Of a DNA stretch of 64,000 nt, positions 38,839-48,677 are shown piece by piece. Below the pieces are notes generated by a model. That model ran no database searches. It worked only from the letters and a program-made list of their open reading frames with translations, and had not been told where the DNA came from. Location of the stretch: NCBI GenBank assembly GCA_963740085.1, contig CAVUCU010000001.1:64001-128000 (forward strand), given 5' to 3'. Each line of letters opens with the position of its first letter. The first letter of the stretch is position 1. The position numbers were made by a program, and so were the translations under genes. The DNA comes from Nitrospirota bacterium. GTDB taxonomy: Bacteria; Nitrospirota; UBA9217.

Positions 38839-40380
38839 TCACGACATAATGAGGCTTTTGCCGGTCATTTCGGCGGGAATATCGATGTCCATGAGGTCGA
38901 GCACTGTCGGCGCAACATCGGCAAGGATTCCGGCGTCCCTCAACTGAACATTTTTTTTCACGATTATAAAAGGAACGGGATCGGTCGTGTGAGCTGTGTG
39001 CGGCTGGTGGGTCGTTGAATCGAGCATGATCTCAGCATTACCATGATCCGCGGTGATGAACACCACCATCCCTTCTTCCCTCGCCGCGGCCAGCACGCGA
39101 CCCAGGCATTCGTCGATCACCTCCACTGCCTTGATCGCGGCATCGATCACCCCCGTATGGCCGACCATGTCCGGATTGGCGTAATTAGCGAGGATAAAAC
39201 CATACTCTCGTGACGTGATATGCTCAACGAGCTTGTCCGTGATCTCACGCGCACTCATCTCCGGTTTTTTATCGTACGTGGAAACGTCGCGCGGCGACGG
39301 CACCAGCACTCGATCTTCGAGAGAGAAGGGACGCTCTTCTCCGCCATTGAAGAAAAAGGTGACGTGGGCGTATTTTTCGGTCTCGGCAATACGAAGTTGA
39401 CGTATTCCATGCCGGCTCAACACTTCTCCAAGGATATTGACAAGCCGCACCGGCCCAAAAGCCACTGGCAGCTCAAATACCTCGTCGTAGGTCGTCAGAC
39501 AGACAAAGGATGAAAGCCTCGGGACCCGGTTCCGCTTGAAAGCAGAGAATTCCGGATCGGTGAGCACGCGGGTGATCTCCCGCGCCCTGTCGGACCGGAA
39601 ATTACAAAAGATAACTGCGTCGTTATCCCGGATCGTGGCAACGCTCCTGTTCGTTTTTTTGTCGAGCAGCACTGTCGGGAGCACGAACTCGTCGGTTTTG
39701 TCGTGATCATAACTCTGTTGGACTGCTTCGAGGGCCGAGTATTTTCTTACCCCCTCGCCCATGACCAGCGCCTCATAAGCCTTTTGGATCCTTTCCCAGC
39801 GTTTATCTCGGTCCATGGCATAGTATCTTCCTGAAACCGAGGCGATCCTGCCGATGCCGATCCTGGCAAGATATGCCTCAAGTTGCGAGATGTATTGGAT
39901 GGCACTCGAGGGCGGAGTGTCCCTGCCGTCCAGAAATGCGTGGAAGTAAACGTTCTTGATCCCCTGTGCCTTTACCATATCGAACATCGCGAAGATATGG
40001 TCCATCCGGCTATGGACACCGCCATCCGAAAGGAGCCCCATAAGATGAAGATTCTCCCCGGATTGTTTGACGTTTCCCATTGCCGTAAGCAGGACCGGGT
40101 TGCGAAAGAACTCACCGTCCGTGATCGCCTTGCTGATCCGCGTCGAGTCCTGGTACACGATCCTGCCGGCGCCGAGGTTCAGGTGGCCCACTTCGGAATT
40201 CCCCATTTGTCCTTCGGTAAGACCTACCTCCTCTCCCGATGCCCGGAGTTCGGCATGCGCGTACTCACGCATCACCGCGGTATAGACCGGTGTCTTTGCC
40301 GAGGCAATGGCGTTACCTTCCTTGTTCATGTTGATTCCCCATCCATCGAGGACCAACAGCACTACCCGGTTGCTTGACAT
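38839..40380 (-). CDS. gpmI: 2,3-BPG-independent phosphoglycerate mutase
   Basis: LDGWG, GQMGNSEVGH, SDGGVHS, GRYYAMDRD, AETEKYAHVT, NPDMVGH and TADHGN motifs. Confidence 0.98.
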   Translation of the reverse strand: MSSNRVVLLVLDGWGINMNKEGNAIASAKTPVYTAVMREYAHAELRASGEEVGLTEGQMGNSEVGHLNLGAGRIVYQDSTRISKAITDGEFFRNPVLLTAMGNVKQSGENLHLMGLLSDGGVHSRMDHIFAMFDMVKAQGIKNVYFHAFLDGRDTPPSSAIQYISQLEAYLARIGIGRIASVSGRYYAMDRDKRWERIQKAYEALVMGEGVRKYSALEAVQQSYDHDKTDEFVLPTVLLDKKTNRSVATIRDNDAVIFCNFRSDRAREITRVLTDPEFSAFKRNRVPRLSSFVCLTTYDEVFELPVAFGPVRLVNILGEVLSRHGIRQLRIAETEKYAHVTFFFNGGEERPFSLEDRVLVPSPRDVSTYDKKPEMSAREITDKLVEHITSREYGFILANYANPDMVGHTGVIDAAIKAVEVIDECLGRVLAAAREEGMVVFITADHGNAEIMLDSTTHQPHTAHTTDPVPFIIVKKNVQLRDAGILADVAPTVLDLMDIDIPAEMTGKSLIMS

Positions 40381-40392
40381 GTAGACTCCATT

Positions 40393-40482
40393 AAGAATAC
40401 AGAAGCCAGAATTCAGAAGACAAATGAAACGATCTGCCTTCTCCTGACTCCTGGCTTCTGACTACTGACTACTGACTTCTGT
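40393..40482. repeat. Inverted heptamer-repeat arms (CAGAAKN)n/(CTNCTGA)n
   Basis: AGAATACAGAAGCCAGAATTCAGAAG ... CTCCTGACTCCTGGCTTCTGACTACTGACTACTGACTTCTG. Confidence 0.75.
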
Positions 40483-40485
40483 CGT

Positions 40486-41793
40486 TCAACAGTTCTTTTC
40501 GAGATTGACCCCGAAGGTGTTCCATCTGCCGCAGTTCGGGCACCGGCCGGACCAGTCAATGGTGCGAAGATCGCAGTTTGAGCAGACGTAGGGTATGATG
40601 ATCTGCTTCTTAAAGCCGAGGGCTTTTTTGAACTCCGAAGCGGCAAGGCCAAGAGAGCCGCGGCGCAGATAGATATTGCCGAGCAGTTTGTGAACGTCAC
40701 GGAACTCTTTGTCCCCCCAGTCCACGGTGGAGAGGGTGTCGAAGGCCTCATCGATCATTTCAAGACGATAGAAGAGTTTCCCGAGAAAGAATTTGATCAT
40801 GATGTCCTGGGGCTTCCAGCTCACCGCCTGCGTATAGAGTTCGATGGCCTTTCCCGGCTCTCCCTGTTTCAGGTAAAGGTCCTCAAGGCGGTAAAGGAGC
40901 AATACCGATGATGTCATTTTATAGGCCTTTTCCCACAGCTCGGCCGCGTCCTTGGCCTTGCCCTCATCAAGGTATATCTCGCCCAGGCCGAGGTACGCCG
41001 GGATAAAATCCTTGTCGAGCTTGATCACGCCGCGGAATATCTTTTTCCCCCGCTCAAGATCCCCGGCTTCGAGCAGAGAGCGGCCCAGCTCATACTTGAA
41101 ACCGACAAGTCTGCGATGCTCGACCTCCTGCTCCGATGCGGTGAGGGGGCTGGCAACCAGCTTGCGCTGCGTCTCGTACAAATTATCCCAGTAGTTCAGC
41201 TTCTGGTAAAGGTCGCGCATCTTGATCAATGCCGTCAGGTTGGACGAGTCATTGGAGAGAATATTCTGGTACATTCCGAGTGCGTCGTCGTACCGCTTTG
41301 CTTCTTCATAGTCCGTGGCCAGCGAGAACATGACCTCCTGGTTTTCTTCATCAAGACTCAGGGCCTTCTGGTGGAGCAGGATGGCCTCCTGCGGGTTCTT
41401 CTCGCGGAGCTGGCTGATCCCCATGCGAAGGAGCGTGTCCACATGGTTCGGGTCAATGGCGAGCACTTTCTGAAAAAAGCTGATCGCCTCCGGGTTCCGC
41501 TTGGCAAGCAGGGAATTCAGCCCCTTGGTATAAAGGTCCTGGACCTTGAGTCGTTTTTTCTGTTCACGCTGGACCCGAAGCCCGCTCAGGAACCGCTTGA
41601 CATCACGCAGCAGATAGAGGAGGAACACCAGACCAGCGCCGACAGCCATGGACAAGAAAAAGAAGGTGGATTTGGAGATATCGTAGGATTTGGAAGGGAG
41701 AAGGTTGACCGCAATGATCCCCTGATTTAACTCCCTCAGAAGCATTATGAATATCACTGCCGCGATCAACAGAAGGGTGACAATAAATCTCAT
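40486..41793 (-). CDS. lapB: LapB-like TPR protein with LapA-like N-terminal membrane region and C-terminal rubredoxin-like domain
   Basis: Two N-terminal TM helices, many TPRs, YVCSNC...WSGRCPNCGRWNT. Confidence 0.75.
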   Translation of the reverse strand: MRFIVTLLLIAAVIFIMLLRELNQGIIAVNLLPSKSYDISKSTFFFLSMAVGAGLVFLLYLLRDVKRFLSGLRVQREQKKRLKVQDLYTKGLNSLLAKRNPEAISFFQKVLAIDPNHVDTLLRMGISQLREKNPQEAILLHQKALSLDEENQEVMFSLATDYEEAKRYDDALGMYQNILSNDSSNLTALIKMRDLYQKLNYWDNLYETQRKLVASPLTASEQEVEHRRLVGFKYELGRSLLEAGDLERGKKIFRGVIKLDKDFIPAYLGLGEIYLDEGKAKDAAELWEKAYKMTSSVLLLYRLEDLYLKQGEPGKAIELYTQAVSWKPQDIMIKFFLGKLFYRLEMIDEAFDTLSTVDWGDKEFRDVHKLLGNIYLRRGSLGLAASEFKKALGFKKQIIIPYVCSNCDLRTIDWSGRCPNCGRWNTFGVNLEKNC

Positions 41794-41992
41794 CCTCGGT
41801 CCTTTCTCAATAAATCAATGCGAGGCATGCCTTTGATGATATCTGATCCAATACATCCTCTCAAAACCGCACTCCCAGGGTAAAGCATCCCGGGGCAGGC
41901 TTTTACGCCTTTGGAAATGACAATATTTTCCGGCAATACTCTGTCATCCCGGGGTGCCTCTATCAGGATTATGGTTTAACGTTGTTTCATAA

Positions 41993-42463
41993 TTAATAAT
42001 GATACGTCTTCCCTTTTATGATCGTAAACGCCCGGTACAGCTGCTCAAGCAGCACCAGCCTCGCCATCTCGTGGGTAAGTGTCCATCGAGACATGGCTAT
42101 TGTCTTGTTTGCGCGCCCGGTCACGCTCTCATCCAGGCCCATTGCGCCGCCGATCACGAACACGATCTCCCGAACACCCGACTCGAGCGCCTTGTTCAAG
42201 AACCCCGCGAACTCGTGAGACGTGAATTCCTGACCGCGCTCATCCAGTGCCACAAGGAATGCATTCTCCGGGACTGACGTGAAGATCCGCTGCGCCTCTT
42301 TCTTTCTGATAAGCGGTGCGTCCTTGAGGTCGTGGACCTTCTCTTCCTTTAACTCCCTGACCTCACCATCCGCATAATGTTGCAGGTATCCGGAATATTT
42401 GGCGATCCCGTCCTGAATAAACCGTTCTTTGGTCTTCCCCATGCAGATGACGGTCAATTTCAT
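41993..42463 (-). CDS. rlmH: 23S rRNA pseudouridine1915 methyltransferase
   Basis: LDERG, FVIGGA.GL, HEMARLVLLEQLYRA and YH motifs. Confidence 0.97.
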   Translation of the reverse strand: MKLTVICMGKTKERFIQDGIAKYSGYLQHYADGEVRELKEEKVHDLKDAPLIRKKEAQRIFTSVPENAFLVALDERGQEFTSHEFAGFLNKALESGVREIVFVIGGAMGLDESVTGRANKTIAMSRWTLTHEMARLVLLEQLYRAFTIIKGKTYHY

Positions 42464-42837
42464 TTTGACGCGCCAGAGAGCGTCCTCGGCCCTGCAGCAA
42501 GGGGGATTCGGGGGGCTTCGCCCCAGAGCTTCTCAAGACTGTAGTAGGTCCTGGTCTGCTCTTCGAAAATATGCACTACTACATCACCATAGTCCATGAG
42601 CACCCAGTTCGCCCCCGTCGCCCCTTCCACGTGTGAGGGATGTATACCGGCGTTCGCAAGGTCTCGGCCGATCCCCTCGGCGATGGCCCCCACCTGAGTG
42701 GAATTGCTCCCCGAGCAAATCACAAAATAATCACAGAGAGAGGTAAGTTTGCTGAGATCGAGGATCAGGATTTCAAAGGCCTTTTTGCTGTCCGCAGCCC
42801 CGGCGCAAAGCTGCGCGGATTCCAATGAGTTAAGCAT
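42460..42837 (-). CDS. rsfS: Ribosome silencing factor
   Basis: DSKKA, DYFVICSG, WVLMDYGDVVVHIF and YSLEKLW motifs. Confidence 0.96.
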   Translation of the reverse strand: MLNSLESAQLCAGAADSKKAFEILILDLSKLTSLCDYFVICSGSNSTQVGAIAEGIGRDLANAGIHPSHVEGATGANWVLMDYGDVVVHIFEEQTRTYYSLEKLWGEAPRIPLAAGPRTLSGASK

Positions 42838-43489
42838 ATAACTTATTTGCAATTATATAGGTTTCGATTGCATCAGGCAAGAGATATTTGATGCTGGTGC
42901 CCGCTTTCACCCTGTTGCGGATGTCAGTGGACGAAATGTCGAAGAGCGGAATCATCTCCAGACAGATGGTAAACGCGCCGGACCGGACCATTGACTCCCG
43001 CTGGATACCCTGGTCCAGGCGTTCCAGTTCGCGTGAAGCGCTTTCCATGAAACTGATCTTCGCAAGATCACCAAAATGATATCCCGGTCTTGAGATCACG
43101 ACAAAACTGCAACGTGTCAGAAGCCGCTCCCACTGGTGCCAGGTCTGGATCTCGAGGAAAGAATCCAGACCGGTGATGAAAAAAAGTTCCGTGCCGGGAA
43201 AGAGCCGCTGAAGCGCCTCAACCGTATCAACAGTGTAGGATCTTCCGCCCCGATCGATCTCGATCTCCGAAGGTTCAAAGAATGGATTGCCCCTGGTCGC
43301 GAGCCGCACCATCTCCAGCCGCTGAACAGCAGAAGGGACTTCCTCGTCAAATTTATGCGGAGGGAGAGAAGAAGGGATGAACAGTATCCGGTCCAGTTTC
43401 AACCGGCTCCGGACCTCTTCAGCCGCGGCCAGGTGGCCGTTGTGGATGGGGTTGAATGTTCCTCCGAGGATGCCGAGTCTTTGCGACAA
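42830..43489 (-). CDS. nadD: Nicotinate-nucleotide adenylyltransferase
   Basis: GGTFNPIHNGH, PPHK, SYTVDT and ISSTDIR motifs. Confidence 0.97.
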   Translation of the reverse strand: MSQRLGILGGTFNPIHNGHLAAAEEVRSRLKLDRILFIPSSLPPHKFDEEVPSAVQRLEMVRLATRGNPFFEPSEIEIDRGGRSYTVDTVEALQRLFPGTELFFITGLDSFLEIQTWHQWERLLTRCSFVVISRPGYHFGDLAKISFMESASRELERLDQGIQRESMVRSGAFTICLEMIPLFDISSTDIRNRVKAGTSIKYLLPDAIETYIIANKLYA

Positions 43490-43509
43490 ATGACCTCCGG
43501 TGTGTTCAT

Positions 43510-43549
43510 ACTAATCCGACCGATCCGGCCTATCAGACCGATCAGACTA
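43510..43549. repeat. Nonamer tandem repeat
   Basis: CTAATCCGA CCGATCCGG CCTATCAGA CCGATCAGA. Confidence 0.65.
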
Positions 43550-44803
43550 TCTTCTGATCTGTCCGTTCCCATACACGATAAATTTGGTGGAGGTGAGTTC
43601 TTCCAGACCCATTGGGCCGCGCGCATGGATCCTTGTCGTGGAAATACCGATCTCCGCCCCAAGCCCGAACTCAAATCCGTCATTCAGCCGCGTGGAGGCA
43701 TTCACAAAGACGGCCGATGCATCAACCTCACGCTGGAACCGGTGGGCGTTCCGGTAGTCGTTCGTAACAATGGACTCGGAATGCTGTGAACCATGGGCTG
43801 CGATGTGCTCCATGGCCTCGTCCATGCCGCCGACGGTCTTCACATTCACGATCAGGTCGTTGTACTCCGTATCCCAATCCTTGTCCGTCGCTTCCTTGAT
43901 ATCAGGGACAAGGGCCCTGGTCTTTGCGCAGCCGCGGATCTCGACGCCGGCCTTCTTCATCCTGTTGATGATCGCGGGCAGGAACGTCTTTGCCACGTCC
44001 TGATGGACGAGCATGGTCTCCATGGCGTTGCAGGTGCCCGGACGCTGGACTTTTGCATTAAAACATATCTCTTCTGCCATGGCGAGGTCGGCCTTGCTGT
44101 CCACATATACGTGACAAATGCCCTTGTCATGCTTGATCACCGGAATAGTTGAGTTCTCCGATACCATGCGTATCAAACCTTCGCCGCCGCGCGGGATGAT
44201 CAGATCGATAGTGCCGTTCAGTTTCAGCATCTCCATGACACACGCGCGGTCGGGATTCTCAATGAATGATATTGCCCCTTCGGGAATGCCCGCCTCGGCG
44301 CCGGCCCTCGAAAGTATTTCGACGATAGCGGTGTTCGAATGAACCGCCTCGGAGCCGCCGCGAAGAATAACCGCGTTGCCCGACTTGAGACAGAGGGCCG
44401 CCGTATCAGCGGTCACATTGGGCCGGGATTCATAGATGATGCCGATCAGCCCGATCGGCACGCGCATCTTGCCTACCTCCATGCCGTTCGGTCTCCGCCG
44501 AAGGCCGAGCACCTCGCCGACCGGATCGGGAAGAGCTGCGACCTCGCGCAGCCCGTCTGCCATGGCCACGATGCGCTCAGGGTTCAAGGTCAGGCGATCG
44601 ATCATGGCCTTTGACAGGCCCTTCTGTTCGGCGGCAACGAGGTCCTTCCTGTTCTCGGCAATTAATTTCGAGGATTCCTTCTCAAGCTCCGCAGCCATCT
44701 TGAAAAGAGCGTTGTTCTTTATCTCCGTCGAGATGTTCGCCAGCGCCTTCGAAGCTGCCTTCGCCTCTTTTGCTTTACCGGTAACGTATTGTTTGATGTC
44801 CAT
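43547..44803 (-). CDS. proA: Gamma-glutamyl phosphate reductase
   Basis: IIYESRPNVT, IIPRGG, PGTCNAMET and EIGISTTRIHARGPMG motifs. Confidence 0.98.
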   Translation of the reverse strand: MDIKQYVTGKAKEAKAASKALANISTEIKNNALFKMAAELEKESSKLIAENRKDLVAAEQKGLSKAMIDRLTLNPERIVAMADGLREVAALPDPVGEVLGLRRRPNGMEVGKMRVPIGLIGIIYESRPNVTADTAALCLKSGNAVILRGGSEAVHSNTAIVEILSRAGAEAGIPEGAISFIENPDRACVMEMLKLNGTIDLIIPRGGEGLIRMVSENSTIPVIKHDKGICHVYVDSKADLAMAEEICFNAKVQRPGTCNAMETMLVHQDVAKTFLPAIINRMKKAGVEIRGCAKTRALVPDIKEATDKDWDTEYNDLIVNVKTVGGMDEAMEHIAAHGSQHSESIVTNDYRNAHRFQREVDASAVFVNASTRLNDGFEFGLGAEIGISTTRIHARGPMGLEELTSTKFIVYGNGQIRR

Positions 44804-44829
44804 ACAGCCTCCTGCGAAAAACACATGGA

Positions 44830-45384
44830 TTATGGTAACAGCTTCCCGGCACCATCACGCAATTTCTTCGCATCGACGATCTCGCCGAAAATGACATGCT
44901 TCACCTTACCATCGGCGCCTATAAAAAACGTCACCGGCAGGAACAGGACACCATACTTCTCGGCTGTTTTGCCGTCGCGATCACTCAAAACAATGGGCTT
45001 GTCCACCTTCAGCCCGGCAAGAAATGCACGTATCGTGTCAAAATCCTCTTTGACGTCCACGATCACGACCTTGACGCCCTTGACTTTCAGCTCATCCACG
45101 AGAGAGTTGATGAGCGGAAGTTCATCCCTGCATCCTCCGCACCATGACGCGAAAAAACCCAGAACAATGCCGTTGCCTCTCTCTTTTCTCGTCGCACCCA
45201 CATAGTCGTTCAGAGTAAAATCCTTCCCTCCGGCATCCCTGAGGGCAAAGGTCGGAGCGGTGTCATTCGTCTTGAGCGCTGCAAAAGCCGTTATTGCATA
45301 CAAAGATATCGCTAATGCAATGAGTATGATTTTATTTATTTTCAAATTTATTAATTTCCCCTCTTCAATTTCCAATTTTCTCAC
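44830..45384 (-). CDS. TlpA/ResA family thiol-disulfide oxidoreductase (true start may be TTG at 45345)
   Basis: Signal peptide, APTFAL, FFASWCGGC..ELP and YGV..LP.TFFI motifs. Confidence 0.88.
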   Translation of the reverse strand: MRKLEIEEGKLINLKINKIILIALAISLYAITAFAALKTNDTAPTFALRDAGGKDFTLNDYVGATRKERGNGIVLGFFASWCGGCRDELPLINSLVDELKVKGVKVVIVDVKEDFDTIRAFLAGLKVDKPIVLSDRDGKTAEKYGVLFLPVTFFIGADGKVKHVIFGEIVDAKKLRDGAGKLLP

Positions 45385-46523
45385 AGTATCACCAGATCAT
45401 CCCGGTGGATCACTTCATCATAGTCCTTGTGCCCGAGTACGGATTCGATCTGCGACGTCTTGAGCCCCTTGATCCGGTCCAGATCGGCCGAGGAATATTT
45501 GACCAGACCCCGGGCGAAAGCGCTTTCAGATCGGTCAACACAGGTCACACAGTCCCCGACCCTGAAGTTACCCTCTACCCTTACGATGCCGCCGGGCAGC
45601 AGGCTCCTGCCCTTGTTCATCAGGGCTTCATGCGCGCCATCATCTACCATGACCCTGCCGTTGGAGCAGACCGTGTATGCGAGCCAGTGCTTACGGCTGT
45701 CCTGCTTGTCCGGCCTCGGCAAAAAAAGCGTGCCGACTTCCGAACCTTCGAACAAGGCCTGAAGCAGTCCGTCCTTTTTCCCGTTCACGATCACCATGGG
45801 TGCGCCGTAGGAACCGACCTTTTTCGCGGTCATGAGCTTGGAACGCATACCCCCCGTGCCGAGCGACGAATGGGAATCACCGGCGTACCGCTCGACCTCG
45901 GCGGTGACCTTTTCCACGAGAGGGATCAGCACGGCTGAAGGGTCTTTCTTGGGGTCTGCGGTATAGAGGCCCTCGATGTCCGAGAGGATAATCAGAAGGT
46001 CCGCATCGGTAAGATGAACCACCATGCTGGAGAGGTTGTCATTGTCGCCGAACTTGATCTCGTCCACCGAGACCGTATCGTTCTCGTTGATGATGGGGAT
46101 GACACCATGATCCAAAAGCGTCTGAAGCGTGTTCCGGGCATTCAGAAATCTTGTCCGGTTCGAGAGGTCCTCGCGCGTGAGAAGCACCTGCGCGACCTTT
46201 TTCCCATGCGTATCGAAGTTCTTCTCATACATCCACATGAGGCTGGACTGTCCGACGGCCGCCGCTGCCTGCTTGAGTGACAACGGCATGCCCTTTGTTT
46301 TCTTCAGTCCCAGCTTCGCCAGCCCGGCCGCGATCGCTCCCGATGACACCAGCACCACCTCGCGTCCCTGGGCCATGAGGGAGGATATATCCCCCGCGAG
46401 CCGCTCGATGCGGTTCTGGTCGAGTCCCTGTTCAGTCGAGGCCAGCACCGCGCTGCCGACCTTGATAACGATCCGTCGGGACCCGGAAAAGAGCGTTTTT
46501 CTGTTCATTGAATATTTTTTCAT
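45381..46523 (-). CDS. proB: Glutamate 5-kinase
   Basis: IKVGS, VSSGAI, AAVGQ, INENDTV, FGDND, GTGGM motifs and PUA domain. Confidence 0.98.
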   Translation of the reverse strand: MKKYSMNRKTLFSGSRRIVIKVGSAVLASTEQGLDQNRIERLAGDISSLMAQGREVVLVSSGAIAAGLAKLGLKKTKGMPLSLKQAAAAVGQSSLMWMYEKNFDTHGKKVAQVLLTREDLSNRTRFLNARNTLQTLLDHGVIPIINENDTVSVDEIKFGDNDNLSSMVVHLTDADLLIILSDIEGLYTADPKKDPSAVLIPLVEKVTAEVERYAGDSHSSLGTGGMRSKLMTAKKVGSYGAPMVIVNGKKDGLLQALFEGSEVGTLFLPRPDKQDSRKHWLAYTVCSNGRVMVDDGAHEALMNKGRSLLPGGIVRVEGNFRVGDCVTCVDRSESAFARGLVKYSSADLDRIKGLKTSQIESVLGHKDYDEVIHRDDLVIL

Positions 46524-46564
46524 CTGTCAGCTGCGAACACAGATTAAATCCTGTGGTTTCGAGA

Positions 46565-47647
46565 TTATCTACCCCTGACCTCTGACCCCTGGCTACTGTT
46601 TCCTGATTCCTGCATGCTGTTTAATGCCTTCAGGTTCCTCGTCTCCCTCTCCTCTTCCACACGGTCCGATAAAAACCTCAGCAGCGGCTCCAGTCCCGCA
46701 CCACTGACGGCAGAAACAGGGAAGAACTTGTATCCGTTTCCGCGACAGTAGTCAGTCAGCGATTCAAGCATGTCGGGATCGGCAGCGTCGATTTTGGAAG
46801 CCACGACAGCCATATACTTGTTCTTCAGGGCCTCGCTGTACAGCTCAAGCTCGGTATTGATCTTTTTGAAATTTTCGACCGGATCGCCCGGCACGATGCC
46901 GGACACATCGACCAGATGCAGAAGGATGGACGTGCGCTCCACATGACGCAGGAACTCGAAACCCAGCCCCGCCCCTTTGTGAGCGTTCTCGATCAGTCCG
47001 GGGATATCGGCGACGACAAAGCTGGTTCTGTTCTCCGGCTTAACCACGCCGAGCACCGGTGACAGCGTGGTGAACGGGTAATCCGCGATCTTGGGCTTGG
47101 CTGCCGAGATGCGCGATATGAGCGTGGACTTGCCCGCATTCGGGAACCCCACGAGCCCGACATCGGCAAGGAGCTTGAGCTCAAGGAACAACCACTGCTC
47201 TTCTCCCTCTTCACCCGGCTGCGCGTGCCGGGGCGCCTGGTTCGTGGCCGTCTTGAAAAAGGTGTTCCCTTTGCCGCCCCGGCCGCCCTTGGCGATGATG
47301 TAATACATTCCATCCGTGTCGAGGTCAACGATCATGGTGTGGGTCTCTGCATCGTTCACGATCGTACCGACAGGCACGCGGATGATGACATCGTCTGCAT
47401 CGGCGCCGTACTGGTCCTTGCCGCGGCCGCGCTCACCGTCCTTGGCACGATACTGCTGCTGGTACTTGAGGTCGATCAGCGTACCGAGCTGCTTGTCGGC
47501 CTGAATGATCACGTCGCCGCCCTTGCCGCCGTTACCCCCGTTCGGTCCTCCCCGCGGAACATAGGCCTCGCGCCGGAAGCTCACGCAGCCCGGCCCGCCG
47601 TGGCCCGCTATAACTTCGATCTTGACTCTATCGATAAAATTCGACAT
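46565..47647 (-). CDS. obgE: GTPase Obg/CgtA
   Basis: FIDRV, SFRRE, Gly-rich Obg fold, GFPNAGKST, YPFTT and DIPG motifs. Confidence 0.98.
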   Translation of the reverse strand: MSNFIDRVKIEVIAGHGGPGCVSFRREAYVPRGGPNGGNGGKGGDVIIQADKQLGTLIDLKYQQQYRAKDGERGRGKDQYGADADDVIIRVPVGTIVNDAETHTMIVDLDTDGMYYIIAKGGRGGKGNTFFKTATNQAPRHAQPGEEGEEQWLFLELKLLADVGLVGFPNAGKSTLISRISAAKPKIADYPFTTLSPVLGVVKPENRTSFVVADIPGLIENAHKGAGLGFEFLRHVERTSILLHLVDVSGIVPGDPVENFKKINTELELYSEALKNKYMAVVASKIDAADPDMLESLTDYCRGNGYKFFPVSAVSGAGLEPLLRFLSDRVEEERETRNLKALNSMQESGNSSQGSEVRGR

Positions 47648-47713
47648 TATTGTTTAACCTTATGAGAAATATACAGATACCGGCCGGAAAATGCAAGCCG
47701 GAAAGGGTACAGA

Positions 47714-47747
47714 ACAAAAAAGGCGGCATAGACATCTATGCCGCCTT
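47714..47747 (-). terminator. Intrinsic terminator after rpmA
   Basis: Perfect 12-bp stem AAGGCGGCATAG/CTATGCCGCCTT with a U-tract on the minus strand. Confidence 0.88.
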
Positions 47748-47773
47748 CGCAATAAATTCTCTTTGTGAACCGC

Positions 47774-48034
47774 CTACACCTCTGCTGCGTATACGCTCAC
47801 CTGCTTGCGGGTCTTGTCATAGCGCTCGAACTTCACCACGCCGTTGATCTTTGCAAAGAGCGTATCGTCACAACCCTTGCCAACGTTCTCACCCGGGTGG
47901 ATCCTGGTCCCGCGCTGACGCATGATGATCGTCCCCGCGTGCACCTTCTCGCCGTCATATCTCTTGACGCCCAGATACTGCGGTTTGCTGTCTCTTCCGT
48001 TCCTTGAACTGCCAACGCCTTTTTTATGAGCCAT
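47774..48034 (-). CDS. rpmA: 50S ribosomal protein L27
   Basis: [16 protein letters not shown]...RQRGT...DDTLFA. Confidence 0.98.
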   Translation of the reverse strand: MAHKKGVGSSRNGRDSKPQYLGVKRYDGEKVHAGTIIMRQRGTRIHPGENVGKGCDDTLFAKINGVVKFERYDKTRKQVSVYAAEV

Positions 48035-48049
48035 TATCCCCTCCGGATT

Positions 48050-48181
48050 CAAAATCCAAATATCAATCACTAAATTACAAATAAATTCCAATTTTCAATA
48101 ACCAAAGACAATCCCGTTTGAACATTCGAATTTGAAGTTTGGATATTATTCGGAGCTTGTAATCTGGAGATTGGAATTTGC
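48050..48181. repeat. Inverted heptamer-repeat arms between rplU and rpmA
   Basis: AAATCC AAATATC AATCACT AAATTAC AAATAAA..., mirrored by ...CTTGTAATCTGGAGATTGGAATTT. Confidence 0.65.
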
Positions 48182-48182
48182 T

Positions 48183-48494
48183 TTAAGCTGTTATCTCTTT
48201 TACCTTGATCGCCGTATAGTTCTGACGATGACCATTGGTCCTGCGGTAACCCTTACGCCTCCGGTGCTTGAAAATAAGAAGCTTTTCTCCCCTGCCCTGC
48301 TCGACGACCTCACCTGTTACCTTTGCCGATGCGAGCATGGGCTTGCCCACGGACATCGTATCGCCATCGACGATCATGAAGACATCCTTGATCTCGACCA
48401 TATCTCCCTTTTGACCTTCAAGGCTCTCCACCCTGATGGTATCACCGGGTGTAACCTTGTACTGTTTTCCACCGCTCTTGATCACTGCGTACAT
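48183..48494 (-). CDS. rplU: 50S ribosomal protein L21
   Basis: MYAVIKSGGKQYKV...GHRQ.YT. Confidence 0.98.
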   Translation of the reverse strand: MYAVIKSGGKQYKVTPGDTIRVESLEGQKGDMVEIKDVFMIVDGDTMSVGKPMLASAKVTGEVVEQGRGEKLLIFKHRRRKGYRRTNGHRQNYTAIKVKEITA

Positions 48495-48547
48495 GCCACA
48501 TCCTCCTTAAGAACAAACACCGTCACTCACTCGCATTGAGAGCGCAT

Positions 48548-48577
48548 AAAATACCATGTAACTTGTGGACTTGTCAA
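48548..48577 (-). promoter_or_regulatory. rplU promoter
   Basis: TTGACA-18bp-TATTTT with TG extension. Confidence 0.5.
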
Positions 48578-48621
48578 GGGAAAAAACAGATCTTTTATTA
48601 AAAACCCTGATTTCTCCCGGT

Positions 48622-48651
48622 TTGACTTATTCTCCGGCACCCTGCTACAAT
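48622..48651 (+). promoter_or_regulatory. prmA promoter
   Basis: TTGACT-18bp-TACAAT with TGn extension. Confidence 0.55.
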
Positions 48652-48677
48652 GGAAGTGAAGCACCACCGGTAAATCC

